DNA of 64,000 nt from Gemmatimonadales bacterium (GTDB lineage: Bacteria > Gemmatimonadota > Gemmatimonadetes > Gemmatimonadales > GWC2-71-9), in assembly GCA_037189525.1 (NCBI GenBank), contig JBBCJC010000003.1:544001-608000 (forward strand), given 5' to 3'. Every line of letters begins with the position of its first letter. Position 1 is the stretch's first letter. The notes beneath the pieces were generated by a model. That model was not told the DNA's origin. It made no database searches and saw only the letters and a list, made by a program, of their open reading frames with translations. The position numbers were made by a program, and so were the translations under genes. Below are positions 31,965 through 39,950 of the stretch, one piece after another.

Positions 31965-31993
31965 TTGCGCAAATCCTAACGACTTCCCAGATT
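31965..31993 (+). promoter_or_regulatory. Putative sigma70 promoter, predicted TSS at the leader-peptide ATG
   Basis: TTGCGC-N17-CAGATT-N6-ATG; no SD upstream of ATG 32000. Confidence 0.55.
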
Positions 31994-31999
31994 AGAAAC

Positions 32000-32095
32000 A
32001 TGCGCTCGACCCGATTCTATTCGTTTGCGACCTATTTTACCTACGCGGCGTATTTTGCCAGCGGGGGAGTGGCTCGCATGCGTAGATCAGGCTGA
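32000..32095 (+). CDS. Phe/Tyr-rich attenuator leader peptide [31 protein letters not shown]
   Basis: 4 Phe + 4 Tyr within codons 6-19; directly upstream of a terminator and aromatic biosynthesis genes. Confidence 0.88.
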   Translation: MRSTRFYSFATYFTYAAYFASGGVARMRRSG

Positions 32096-32131
32096 CAGTA
32101 GCGCCAGACGCAAGCGAACCACGGCCCCCGC
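32061..32131 (+). promoter_or_regulatory. Antiterminator helix of the attenuator
   Basis: GCGGGGG/GTGG/TCGC/TGCGT (32061-32083) pair with ACGCA/GCGA/CCAC/CCCCCGC (32108-32131); 20 bp overlapping the terminator 5' arm. Confidence 0.85.
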
Positions 32132-32154
32132 AAATCGCGGGGGCCTTTTTGTTT
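32123..32154 (+). terminator. Intrinsic terminator (attenuator)
   Basis: GGCCCCCGC-AAATC-GCGGGGGCC followed by TTTTTGTTT. Confidence 0.92.
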
Positions 32155-32175
32155 GCCCAAAGCCCCGAGGATCCG

Positions 32176-33018
32176 ATGACCGCGTTTTCTGCCCAGCTGC
32201 CTGCGACCGTTCCCGTCACCGTCGGGGATCGGTGCTGTTTTGGTGGCACCGATCTCGTCGTGATCGGCGGGCCCTGCTCGGTCGAGAGCGCGGCCATGGT
32301 ACTCGACACCGCGTTGTCCGTGGCGGCGTCCGGAGCGCGGATGCTCCGGGGTGGGGCCTTCAAACCGCGCACCTCGCCCCACACCTTCCAGGGAATGGGC
32401 GACCCGGCGCTCGACCTGCTGGCCCAGGCCGGCGAACGGGCCGGTCTCCCGGTCGTGACCGAAGTGACCGATCCTCGGCACGTGGATCGAGTGGCCGGGG
32501 TGGCCGACATGCTCCAGGTCGGCGCCCGCAACATGCAGAACTACGCCTTGCTCGCCGAGGTCGGCCGGAGTGGAAAGCCGGTCCTGCTCAAGCGCGGCCT
32601 GGCCGCGACGCTCAAGGAATTCCTGCTTGCTGCGGAGCATATCCGGGTCGCGGGGAACGATGCGGTGGTGCTCTGTGAACGCGGGATCCGCACCTTCGAA
32701 ACCGCCTCCCGTTTCACGCTCGATGTCACCGCCGTTCCCGTCCTCAAAGCCGAGAGCCACCTGCCGGTCATCGTGGACCCGAGCCATGCGGGCGGGCGCG
32801 CCCCGCTGGTGGCCCCGCTGGCCCGGGCGGCCATCGCGGCAGGTGCGGACGGGTTGATCGTCGAGGTACACCCCGAGCCGGCGACGGCCCAGTCCGATGC
32901 GGAGCAATCGCTGACGTTCGCCGCGTTTGCGGAGCTGATGGTGCAGGTGGAGCGGGTGGCGCTCGCCGTGGGGCGGACCATCGGTGCCGCGCCGCTGGCC
33001 GTCGGGGCCTCGGTATGA
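32176..33018 (+). CDS. aroF: DAHP synthase type I-beta, catalytic domain only
   Basis: [54 protein letters not shown]; 280 aa. Confidence 0.93.
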   Translation: MTAFSAQLPATVPVTVGDRCCFGGTDLVVIGGPCSVESAAMVLDTALSVAASGARMLRGGAFKPRTSPHTFQGMGDPALDLLAQAGERAGLPVVTEVTDPRHVDRVAGVADMLQVGARNMQNYALLAEVGRSGKPVLLKRGLAATLKEFLLAAEHIRVAGNDAVVLCERGIRTFETASRFTLDVTAVPVLKAESHLPVIVDPSHAGGRAPLVAPLARAAIAAGADGLIVEVHPEPATAQSDAEQSLTFAAFAELMVQVERVALAVGRTIGAAPLAVGASV

Positions 33019-33566
33019 TGCGGATTGCCATTCAGGGCGAACTGGGCGCCTTCTCCGAGATCGCGGCCGACTATATGAGCCGGGGCGAGCACGAGGTGGT
33101 TCCCACCCGCTCGTTCCGGGACGTGGTCGAGGCGGTGGAGAGTGGCCGGGCGGATGCCGGTGTTCTCCCGATCGCCAACAGTATCGTGGGGCCGGTGGTG
33201 GACAGCGTCGATGCCCTGGCAAGCGGGACGGCGGTCCTGGTCGATGGCGAATGCGACGTTCCGGTGCGCCTCCACCTGATGGGCCTGGGCGCGGCCACCC
33301 TCGACCGCGTGGCGCACGTCGCATCCCATCCCGTAGCATTGGCGCAGTGTACTCGTTTCCTTGGCGGCCATCCCGATTGGTACGTCGAGACCTATTACGA
33401 CAGCGCGGGCGCGGCGCGTGACGTGGCCGCGCGCGGGGATTCTTCGTTCGTCGCCATCGCGGGCGACGCTGCCGCCACGCGGTATCGGCTTGCCATTCTG
33501 GCCCGCGACGTCCACGATCTGCCGGACAACTCGACCCGCTTCGTGCTGATTCGGAGGCGCCCATGA
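33015..33566 (+). CDS. pheA: Prephenate dehydratase, catalytic domain only (no ACT domain)
   Basis: [37 protein letters not shown] followed by stop 7 codons later. Confidence 0.9.
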   Translation: MMRIAIQGELGAFSEIAADYMSRGEHEVVPTRSFRDVVEAVESGRADAGVLPIANSIVGPVVDSVDALASGTAVLVDGECDVPVRLHLMGLGAATLDRVAHVASHPVALAQCTRFLGGHPDWYVETYYDSAGAARDVAARGDSSFVAIAGDAAATRYRLAILARDVHDLPDNSTRFVLIRRRP

Positions 33567-33940
33567 CCCGCCGGATGTGGGGCCTTCGCGGCGCCATCAC
33601 CGTCGACGCCGACCGTCCGGAGCTGATCCGGGCCGCGACGCGCGAACTGCTCGAGACGCTCGTCACCAGGAACGACCTGGATCAGGACGAGATCGTGAGC
33701 GCCATCTTCAGCGTCACCACCGACCTCGTGAGCGAATATCCGGCTACGGGTGCTCGCGAGCTGGGTTGGGTGGAGGTGCCGCTGCTCTGCACGACCGAGA
33801 TTCCGGTGCCCGGCGGCCTTCCGCGGGTCATTCGGGTCCTGCTGCATGTCGAGCCTGCCGTGCCGCGAGCCCGATGGCAGCCGGTCTACCTCCGGGGGGC
33901 CACGGTGCTGCGTCCCGATCTGGTGCCGGTCCCCTCCTGA
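33563..33940 (+). CDS. aroH: Chorismate mutase, AroH class
   Basis: GLRGAIT, FSVTTDL..EYPA..AR, VPLLC..EIPVPGGLPRVIRVL, YLRGA..LRPDL. Confidence 0.93.
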   Translation: MTRRMWGLRGAITVDADRPELIRAATRELLETLVTRNDLDQDEIVSAIFSVTTDLVSEYPATGARELGWVEVPLLCTTEIPVPGGLPRVIRVLLHVEPAVPRARWQPVYLRGATVLRPDLVPVPS

Positions 33941-34117
33941 GGCCGGCTCGATGCCGAGCCGCCGGCTATTTCGGAATGGCTGGCGGTCGGGTTACCCTTC
34001 CTGCCGCAATTTGTTCCTCGGCGGAACAATCCGCCCCGGCGCTCGGCCGGGGCGGTCGGATCTCCGGCGTCCGGCGGAATATCCGCCCGGATTTGCCCGG
34101 CTGAACCTGGGGTTGGT

Positions 34118-35455
34118 GTGGGCTTAACGATCATCTCGACACTCGTCGTCATCGGTGTGCTCGTGTTCATCCACGAGCTGGGGCATTTCCTGGCCGCGAA
34201 GTGGGCCGGGATCCATGTCCACCGGTTCTCGCTGGGCCTGGGCGCGCCGATTCGCTGGCTCTCGTTCAAGCGCAACGAGACGGAATATTCCGTGTCCTGG
34301 CTGCCGCTTGGTGGGTACGTCAAGATGGCCAGCGACATGGAAGAAACCGATGCGATGCTCGAAGGCGGGGCGGAGCAGGTCGAAGTGCCCCGCGAGCGCC
34401 GCTTCGAAGCCAAGCCGATCTGGGTTCGGATGGTCGTGATCCTTGCCGGCGTAGTCATGAATGCGCTGTTTGCCTGGCTGGTGCTGTCCGGACTGATCTA
34501 CGTCCGGGGCCGGCCGACGCTCCCGGTCACCACGATTGCCGGCGTCGACTCGACCCGGCTGCCGGCCGGCGCGCGCGGGTTGGAACTGGTGGCGCGGGGC
34601 GATCGCGTCGTGGCGGTCAACGGCGTTGCCGTGACGACCTGGGAAGAGATGCAGCGGGAGTGGTTGGGAATCCGCGATACCGTCACGATTGACGTGGCGG
34701 GCAAGAGTCCGGTGGTCATTGCCGGCTCGCTCGAAGACCGGAGGACGGCGCTCACCACGATGCGTCCCTTGCTTCCTCCGGTCGTGTCGGATGTGGTGCC
34801 GCAGCGACCCGGAGCGCAGGCCGGCCTGGCCCGGGGCGATACGATCGTCACCTTCGATGGCGCGGCCGTCGGCGAGTGGCGCGAGATGGTGAGCCGGATC
34901 GAAAGCAAGGCCGATCAGCCAGTGGAACTGCTCGTCGGCCGTCCGACCGGGCGTACCGTCATCCAGGTCACTCCAGCCGCTGAGGACGTGGAGGGCCGGA
35001 CCGTCGGACGCATCGGGATTTACGGACCGCTCCAGCCGGAACTCCGCGAGCGGGTCGGGCTTGGGACCGCGGTGGTCGAGGGCGGTGAATGGACCTGGTT
35101 CATTGCGACCCAGATTGCCAACACGGTGCGCGGGATGTTTTCGGGGCGCGTCTCCACCCGCGAGGTGGGCGGCCCGATTGCCATCGGCATGGCCGCCGGG
35201 GAGAGCGTTCGGCGGGGAGCCGAGGACTTCCTGGTGTTCATGGCGGCCATTTCCGTCAACCTGGCCGTGCTCAATCTGCTGCCGATTCCGTTGCTCGACG
35301 GCGGGCAGTTCCTCTTCCTGCTGGCGGAAGCGGTCACCCGGCGCCCGATAACGGGACGGGTGCGGGAATGGCTTACCATGGCCGGCTTCGTGGCGCTGGT
35401 GATGCTGATGGTATTGGCCTTCTCCAACGACATCCGGCGGTTGCTCGGCATTTGA
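34118..35455 (+). CDS. rseP: RIP metalloprotease RseP
   Basis: HELGH, LPLGGYVKM, PDZ-like region, NLLPIPLLDGG. Confidence 0.95.
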   Translation: MGLTIISTLVVIGVLVFIHELGHFLAAKWAGIHVHRFSLGLGAPIRWLSFKRNETEYSVSWLPLGGYVKMASDMEETDAMLEGGAEQVEVPRERRFEAKPIWVRMVVILAGVVMNALFAWLVLSGLIYVRGRPTLPVTTIAGVDSTRLPAGARGLELVARGDRVVAVNGVAVTTWEEMQREWLGIRDTVTIDVAGKSPVVIAGSLEDRRTALTTMRPLLPPVVSDVVPQRPGAQAGLARGDTIVTFDGAAVGEWREMVSRIESKADQPVELLVGRPTGRTVIQVTPAAEDVEGRTVGRIGIYGPLQPELRERVGLGTAVVEGGEWTWFIATQIANTVRGMFSGRVSTREVGGPIAIGMAAGESVRRGAEDFLVFMAAISVNLAVLNLLPIPLLDGGQFLFLLAEAVTRRPITGRVREWLTMAGFVALVMLMVLAFSNDIRRLLGI

Positions 35456-35573
35456 GGATTCAGGCTCCGTAGTACTACGGTTTCGCATCCCTCCGATCCC
35501 GGTGATCTTGGTCGCGCTGCGCGATCGGTCCGGGTCGAACTCGGGGGATGCGCGCCGAGTGGGGGGGGGAGCC

Positions 35574-36638
35574 GTGAGCGTAGTCCGGGAGCCGCGCGTC
35601 GGTGTCCTGCTCGTCAATCTGGGAACACCGGATACGCCGAGTGTGAAGGACGTCCGGCGCTACCTGCGTGAGTTTCTCGGCGACCCCCGGGTCCTCGATG
35701 TCCATCCGGTCCTGCGCTGGTACCTCCTCAACCTGGTTTTCCTTCCGTTTCGTCCTCGGCGTTCCGCTGCGCAGTATGCGTCCATCTGGACCGCGGCCGG
35801 CTCGCCGCTCCTGCTGCACAGCCGCGCCCTGACCACCGCATTGCAGCAACGACTCGGCTCGAGTGTGACGGTCGACCTGGCCATGCGCTACGGCCAACCC
35901 ACGGTCGATAACGCGCTCGACCGTCTGATGGCGGCGGCGGTCGACCGGATCATCGTGGTGCCGCTCTATCCGCAGTACGCCAGCTCCGCAGGCGGCACCG
36001 CCATCGCGCACGTGATGCGGCGAGCGGCCGAGCGATGGAATGTGCCGCCGATCGAAATCGTCGCCGACTACTTCGACGACCCCCGCTTCATCGAGGCGCT
36101 CTGCCGTTCGGTTCGTCCGGTGCTCGACGGGTTCGATCCGGACTTCGTACTGATGAGCTATCACGGTGTGCCCGAACGCCAGGTGCGCAAATCCGATCCC
36201 TCGGGCGACTGGTGCCTGCAGTCCGATCGCTGTTGTGAGGGGATCGATCAGGCCAATCGCTGGTGCTACCGGGCGCAGTGTTTTGCGACCAGTCGTCATC
36301 TGGCCGCGGGGCTCGGCCTGGCGTCCCACCAGACCGGGACCGCCTTTCAGTCCCGGCTCGGTTCTGACCCCTGGATCCGTCCGCATACCGATCGGATGTT
36401 CGGTCAGCTGGCCGCGGCCGGGGTGCGCCGCCTGGCGGTCGTCTGTCCCGGTTTTGCGGCGGATTGCCTGGAGACCATCGAGGAAATCGGCGATCGCGGG
36501 GCCCACGCCTGGTCCGCGCTGGGCGGCGAGGCGTTTCAGCTGGTTCCCTGTCTCAATGCCGAGCCGGGTTGGGTCGATGCGCTGGCGGGGATGATCGAGG
36601 CCCGGATCGGAATCGAGGCGTCCGTCGGTAGCATCTGA
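35574..36638 (+). CDS. hemH: Ferrochelatase with internal Cys-rich insertion
   Basis: LLVNLGTP, LAMRYG, PLYPQYA, SYHGVP, FQSRLG..PW, FAADCLETIEEI. Confidence 0.94.
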   Translation: MSVVREPRVGVLLVNLGTPDTPSVKDVRRYLREFLGDPRVLDVHPVLRWYLLNLVFLPFRPRRSAAQYASIWTAAGSPLLLHSRALTTALQQRLGSSVTVDLAMRYGQPTVDNALDRLMAAAVDRIIVVPLYPQYASSAGGTAIAHVMRRAAERWNVPPIEIVADYFDDPRFIEALCRSVRPVLDGFDPDFVLMSYHGVPERQVRKSDPSGDWCLQSDRCCEGIDQANRWCYRAQCFATSRHLAAGLGLASHQTGTAFQSRLGSDPWIRPHTDRMFGQLAAAGVRRLAVVCPGFAADCLETIEEIGDRGAHAWSALGGEAFQLVPCLNAEPGWVDALAGMIEARIGIEASVGSI

Positions 36639-36740
36639 CCTGCCAGTGGCCGGGCTTCACTCCATTCAGGTACTATTCGGATACGGGTGCGGGCCCGATC
36701 CGGCGCAACGCCCCGAGACGCTTCACCAGGAGGGGTTTGG

Positions 36741-36869
36741 ATGAGCAAGCTGCTTCGCGGATTGGCGGCAGGGTGGGGTGCCAAGAAGTTGGGCGGGGGA
36801 TGTCTGAGCACCGTGCTGATTTTTCTGCTTCTCTGGTGGTTACTCGGTAATTTCGAGATCTTCAAGTGA
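36741..36869 (+). CDS. 42-aa membrane microprotein
   Basis: AGGAGG SD at 36728; one hydrophobic helix; stop overlaps the MFS start (GTGA). Confidence 0.75.
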   Translation: MSKLLRGLAAGWGAKKLGGGCLSTVLIFLLLWWLLGNFEIFK

Positions 36870-38119
36870 GCGTTCCGGTCTCCGTCGAGCCGGTGTCGGG
36901 CGAGTCCCCGGCACCGGCTGCCGACGGTGTCAGCGGGTATGATCGACGCGCCATTGCGTACCTGGCGGTAGCGCATGGCGTCGATGATTTCTACCAGGCC
37001 GCGGTGCCTGCGCTGGTGCCGTTCTTCGTCGTCGCGCACAATCTGAGCTATCAGGCGGCCGCCGGGGCCGTCCTGGTCTCCAATCTGCTGTCGTCGCTGC
37101 TCCAACCGTTCTTCGGATACTGGGCCGATCGCCATCGGGCGCCGTGGCTCGTTTGGGGCGGGATGGGACTGGCCGGCATCGGCGTGTCGCTGGCGGTGCT
37201 GACGCAGTCGTTTCCGCTCGCGCTGGTCCTCTGCGGTATCACCGGAGTGGGGATTGCCGCGTTTCATCCGGAGGCCTCGCGGGCCACGGCCCAGGCGTCG
37301 GGTCGCCGGCGTGGCACCGGGATGAGCGTCTTCGCGTTGGGCGGAAACGGTGGTTTTGCCCTGGCGCCCCTTGCGGTCGTGCCGCTGGCCTCGAGTTATG
37401 GAATTCGTGCCGTGGCGGTATTGATCGTGCCGGCGCTGGCCATGATGGCGTTCCTGGTTCGTAACGCGACGCAGTGGCAGTCGATTCGGGTTGCCCGTCC
37501 GGCTGCCGGCGCCGGCGAGCATGCCGCGGAGCCGGAGGCGTGGGGGGCGTTTGCGCGGCTGACCGGCGCGGTCGGGATGCGCTCGATCGTCTTTTTCGGT
37601 CTCAACACCTTTCTGCCCATCTACTGGGCGACCCGTTTCAATCTCGATCTCGCGGCCGGAGGCCTGGCGCTCACCGTCCTCCTGATCGTCGGCGTGGTGG
37701 GCACCCTACTGGGCGGCCGAGCGGCCGACCGGTTCGGGGCGCGCGCGGTGGTGGTGGTGTGTTCCTGCGCGCTGGGTCCGTTGCTCTGGCTCTTTCTCCA
37801 GGCCGATGACCGGCTGGTCGCGCTTGGTCTGCTGATTCCGCTTGGTATTGCACTCTCGGCGCCGTTCAGTGTGATGGTCGTGCTGGGTCAGCAGTATCTG
37901 CCGCGCCACGTCGGCACGGCGTCCGGCGTGACGCTGGGCCTGGCGGTCACCGTCGGCGGACTGGCCGCGCCGGTGCTCGGCCGCATGGCTGACGAGCAGG
38001 GCGTGGCCGCTGCACTCGGCGTACTGGTCTGGACGGCGTTGCTCACGGCGGTACTCTCGCTTACCCTGTCGCCTGTTCCCAGTGCCCGTGCCGGCGGCCC
38101 GTCGCGCACCGTGACCTGA
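36866..38119 (+). CDS. MFS transporter, Fsr-like
   Basis: HGVDDFY, QPFFGYWADR, AAFHPE, GGNGGFALAP; about 12 TM segments. Confidence 0.88.
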   Translation: MSVPVSVEPVSGESPAPAADGVSGYDRRAIAYLAVAHGVDDFYQAAVPALVPFFVVAHNLSYQAAAGAVLVSNLLSSLLQPFFGYWADRHRAPWLVWGGMGLAGIGVSLAVLTQSFPLALVLCGITGVGIAAFHPEASRATAQASGRRRGTGMSVFALGGNGGFALAPLAVVPLASSYGIRAVAVLIVPALAMMAFLVRNATQWQSIRVARPAAGAGEHAAEPEAWGAFARLTGAVGMRSIVFFGLNTFLPIYWATRFNLDLAAGGLALTVLLIVGVVGTLLGGRAADRFGARAVVVVCSCALGPLLWLFLQADDRLVALGLLIPLGIALSAPFSVMVVLGQQYLPRHVGTASGVTLGLAVTVGGLAAPVLGRMADEQGVAAALGVLVWTALLTAVLSLTLSPVPSARAGGPSRTVT

Positions 38120-38311
38120 TCCGATCGGCGTCCGGTCCGGGGTCGGACCGGTCTGTCGTTTTCGGTTCTTCGAGCGCGCGGCGATCGGGTCAGGACCGCT
38201 GGTAACCTCGGCCAGCACGGTTCTCGTCGTTCCGGAGTTTGCCGGCCGGGTATCGTTGACGATTCCTCGAGCCGGGAGCAACTTTCCATTCTGCCTTCAC
38301 TCGGAAATCCC

Positions 38312-39421
38312 ATGGCTTCCACTCGCCGTCAGTTCGTTCGGCAGGCATCCTCCGTTGCCGGTGCCGCCGCGCTCGCGCCATTCCACATCTGGGTGCCGCG
38401 TTTTCGCACCCAGAAGAAACTCAACATCCTGATCCTGGGCGGGACCAACTTCATCGGTCCATACCAGGTTCAGTATGCGCTCGACCGCGGGCACACCATC
38501 ACCCTCTTCAACCGGGGCAAGACGAACCCCGCGCTCTTTCCCAACGTCGAGAAGCTCACGGGCGACCGCAACAACGACCTCAAGTCGCTGGAAGGGCGCA
38601 AATGGGATGTCGTGATCGACATCTCCGCCACCAATCCGGAGTGGGTCGCGCTGTCGGGACGGGTGCTGGAGCATTCGGTCAAGCAATATGTCTTCATTTC
38701 GACCCGGTCGGTCTATTACGACACGAGCCGGGTGCCGATGACCGTCGATGCGCCGCTGTTCTCCCCGGAGAACACTCCGGTACCCGCCGGGCGGCCGCTC
38801 CCGTACGGGCTTGCCAAGGCCATCTCCGAAAAGACGCTGCGTGACCGGTTCGGCAACCGGCTGCTGGTGGTGCGTCCGTCGCTGGTGGTCGGCCCCGGGG
38901 ATACCACCGACCGGTTTACCTACTGGCCGTTGCGGATCGAGCGGGGTGGGGAGGTGCTCGCGCCGGGCGATGGGACCGACCCGGTCCAGTTCATCGACGC
39001 CCGGGATCTGGGCGAGTGGGTCATCCGCCTGGTCGAGATGGGCACCACGGGGTACTACAACGCCCTGGGGCCGCAGACGCCCCGGTCCTTTGCGGAATTG
39101 CTCCACGGGATCAAGGCCGTCACCACCTCGAACGCCACGTTCACCTGGGTCGACACCGACTTCCTGCTGGCCAATCAGGTCCGGCCCTACCAGGAAATGC
39201 CGGTCTGGCAGCCGGCCCGGGACGGGAAAGAGGGCTTTGCCCGGTTCGACATCTCGCGCGAGGTGGCGCTGGGGCTCACGTTCCGGTCTCTGGCGGTGAC
39301 CACCAAGGACACGCTCGACTACTACCACGCCCAGACGCCCGAGCGCCAGGCGCAGCTCCGGGCCGGCATCACGCCCGAGCGGGAGCAGGAAGTCCTGGCC
39401 GCCTGGCGGGCGCGCCGGTAG
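38312..39421 (+). CDS. NAD-dependent epimerase/dehydratase (atypical SDR) with twin-arginine signal
   Basis: STRRQFV leader; ILGGTNFIG, FNRG, YGLAK, RPSLVVGPGD, QFIDARDL. Confidence 0.85.
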   Translation: MASTRRQFVRQASSVAGAAALAPFHIWVPRFRTQKKLNILILGGTNFIGPYQVQYALDRGHTITLFNRGKTNPALFPNVEKLTGDRNNDLKSLEGRKWDVVIDISATNPEWVALSGRVLEHSVKQYVFISTRSVYYDTSRVPMTVDAPLFSPENTPVPAGRPLPYGLAKAISEKTLRDRFGNRLLVVRPSLVVGPGDTTDRFTYWPLRIERGGEVLAPGDGTDPVQFIDARDLGEWVIRLVEMGTTGYYNALGPQTPRSFAELLHGIKAVTTSNATFTWVDTDFLLANQVRPYQEMPVWQPARDGKEGFARFDISREVALGLTFRSLAVTTKDTLDYYHAQTPERQAQLRAGITPEREQEVLAAWRARR

Positions 39422-39450
39422 TAGTCCAGGGGGCCGGAATGGCCCTGGCG

Positions 39451-39493
39451 GACGCCCCTGCTCCCAGCCGCCCGGCCGGGGAGCGGGGGCGTC
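39451..39493 (+). terminator. Strong stem-loop after the SDR gene
   Basis: GACGCCCCTGCTCCC-N13-GGGAGCGGGGGCGTC, 15 bp with one G-U; weak T tail. Confidence 0.5.
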
Positions 39494-39522
39494 TTGCCTC
39501 CCGGATTCTGGCTATCTATATT
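39494..39522 (+). promoter_or_regulatory. Putative sigma70 promoter for rpsO-pnp
   Basis: TTGCCT-N17-TATATT. Confidence 0.6.
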
Positions 39523-39581
39523 GAAAGGCTACAACCACTTACGAACTTTTTAAGCGCGTCGAAGCAACGAGGACACAGCAA

Positions 39582-39842
39582 ATGGGGTACGACAAAGCGG
39601 GCGTCATGGCGAAGTATCGCCAGCACGGCGAAGACACGGGATCGGCCCGGGTTCAGGTCGCCATGCTCACCGAGCGTATCAACTCCCTCACGGATCACTT
39701 CCGCACCCATCCGAAAGACCATCATGGTCGGCGCGGGTTGCTGAAGATGGTCGGTCAGCGGCGGCGGCTCCTTTCTTATCTCCGCAGCACCGATCTTCAG
39801 ACGTACCGAGCGCTGATTCAGGACCTCGGTCTCCGTCACTAA
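39582..39842 (+). CDS. rpsO: 30S ribosomal protein S15
   Basis: [35 protein letters not shown]. Confidence 0.97.
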   Translation: MGYDKAGVMAKYRQHGEDTGSARVQVAMLTERINSLTDHFRTHPKDHHGRRGLLKMVGQRRRLLSYLRSTDLQTYRALIQDLGLRH

Positions 39843-39860
39843 ATCATCGGCTCCAGACGC

Positions 39861-39888
39861 GGGCGCCCCAGGATATGACGGGGCGCCC
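39861..39888 (+). other. Stem-loop in the rpsO-pnp spacer (terminator or processing site)
   Basis: GGGCGCCCC-N10-GGGGCGCCC; no U tract. Confidence 0.45.
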
Positions 39889-39950
39889 TCGGTGCTTTGG
39901 GGCTGCCTGGTGTGTCGATGACTACCAGTTCACCGATGAGGGATAATCCT

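Noticed and set aside
31598..31999. Upstream part of the 165-aa ORF containing the leader peptide
   Set aside because: It overlaps dxr out of frame; only 32000-32095 is supported.
35561..35569. G9 homopolymer before hemH as a phase-variation tract
   Set aside because: It lies outside the likely CDS, precedes a housekeeping gene, and a single sequence shows no length variation.
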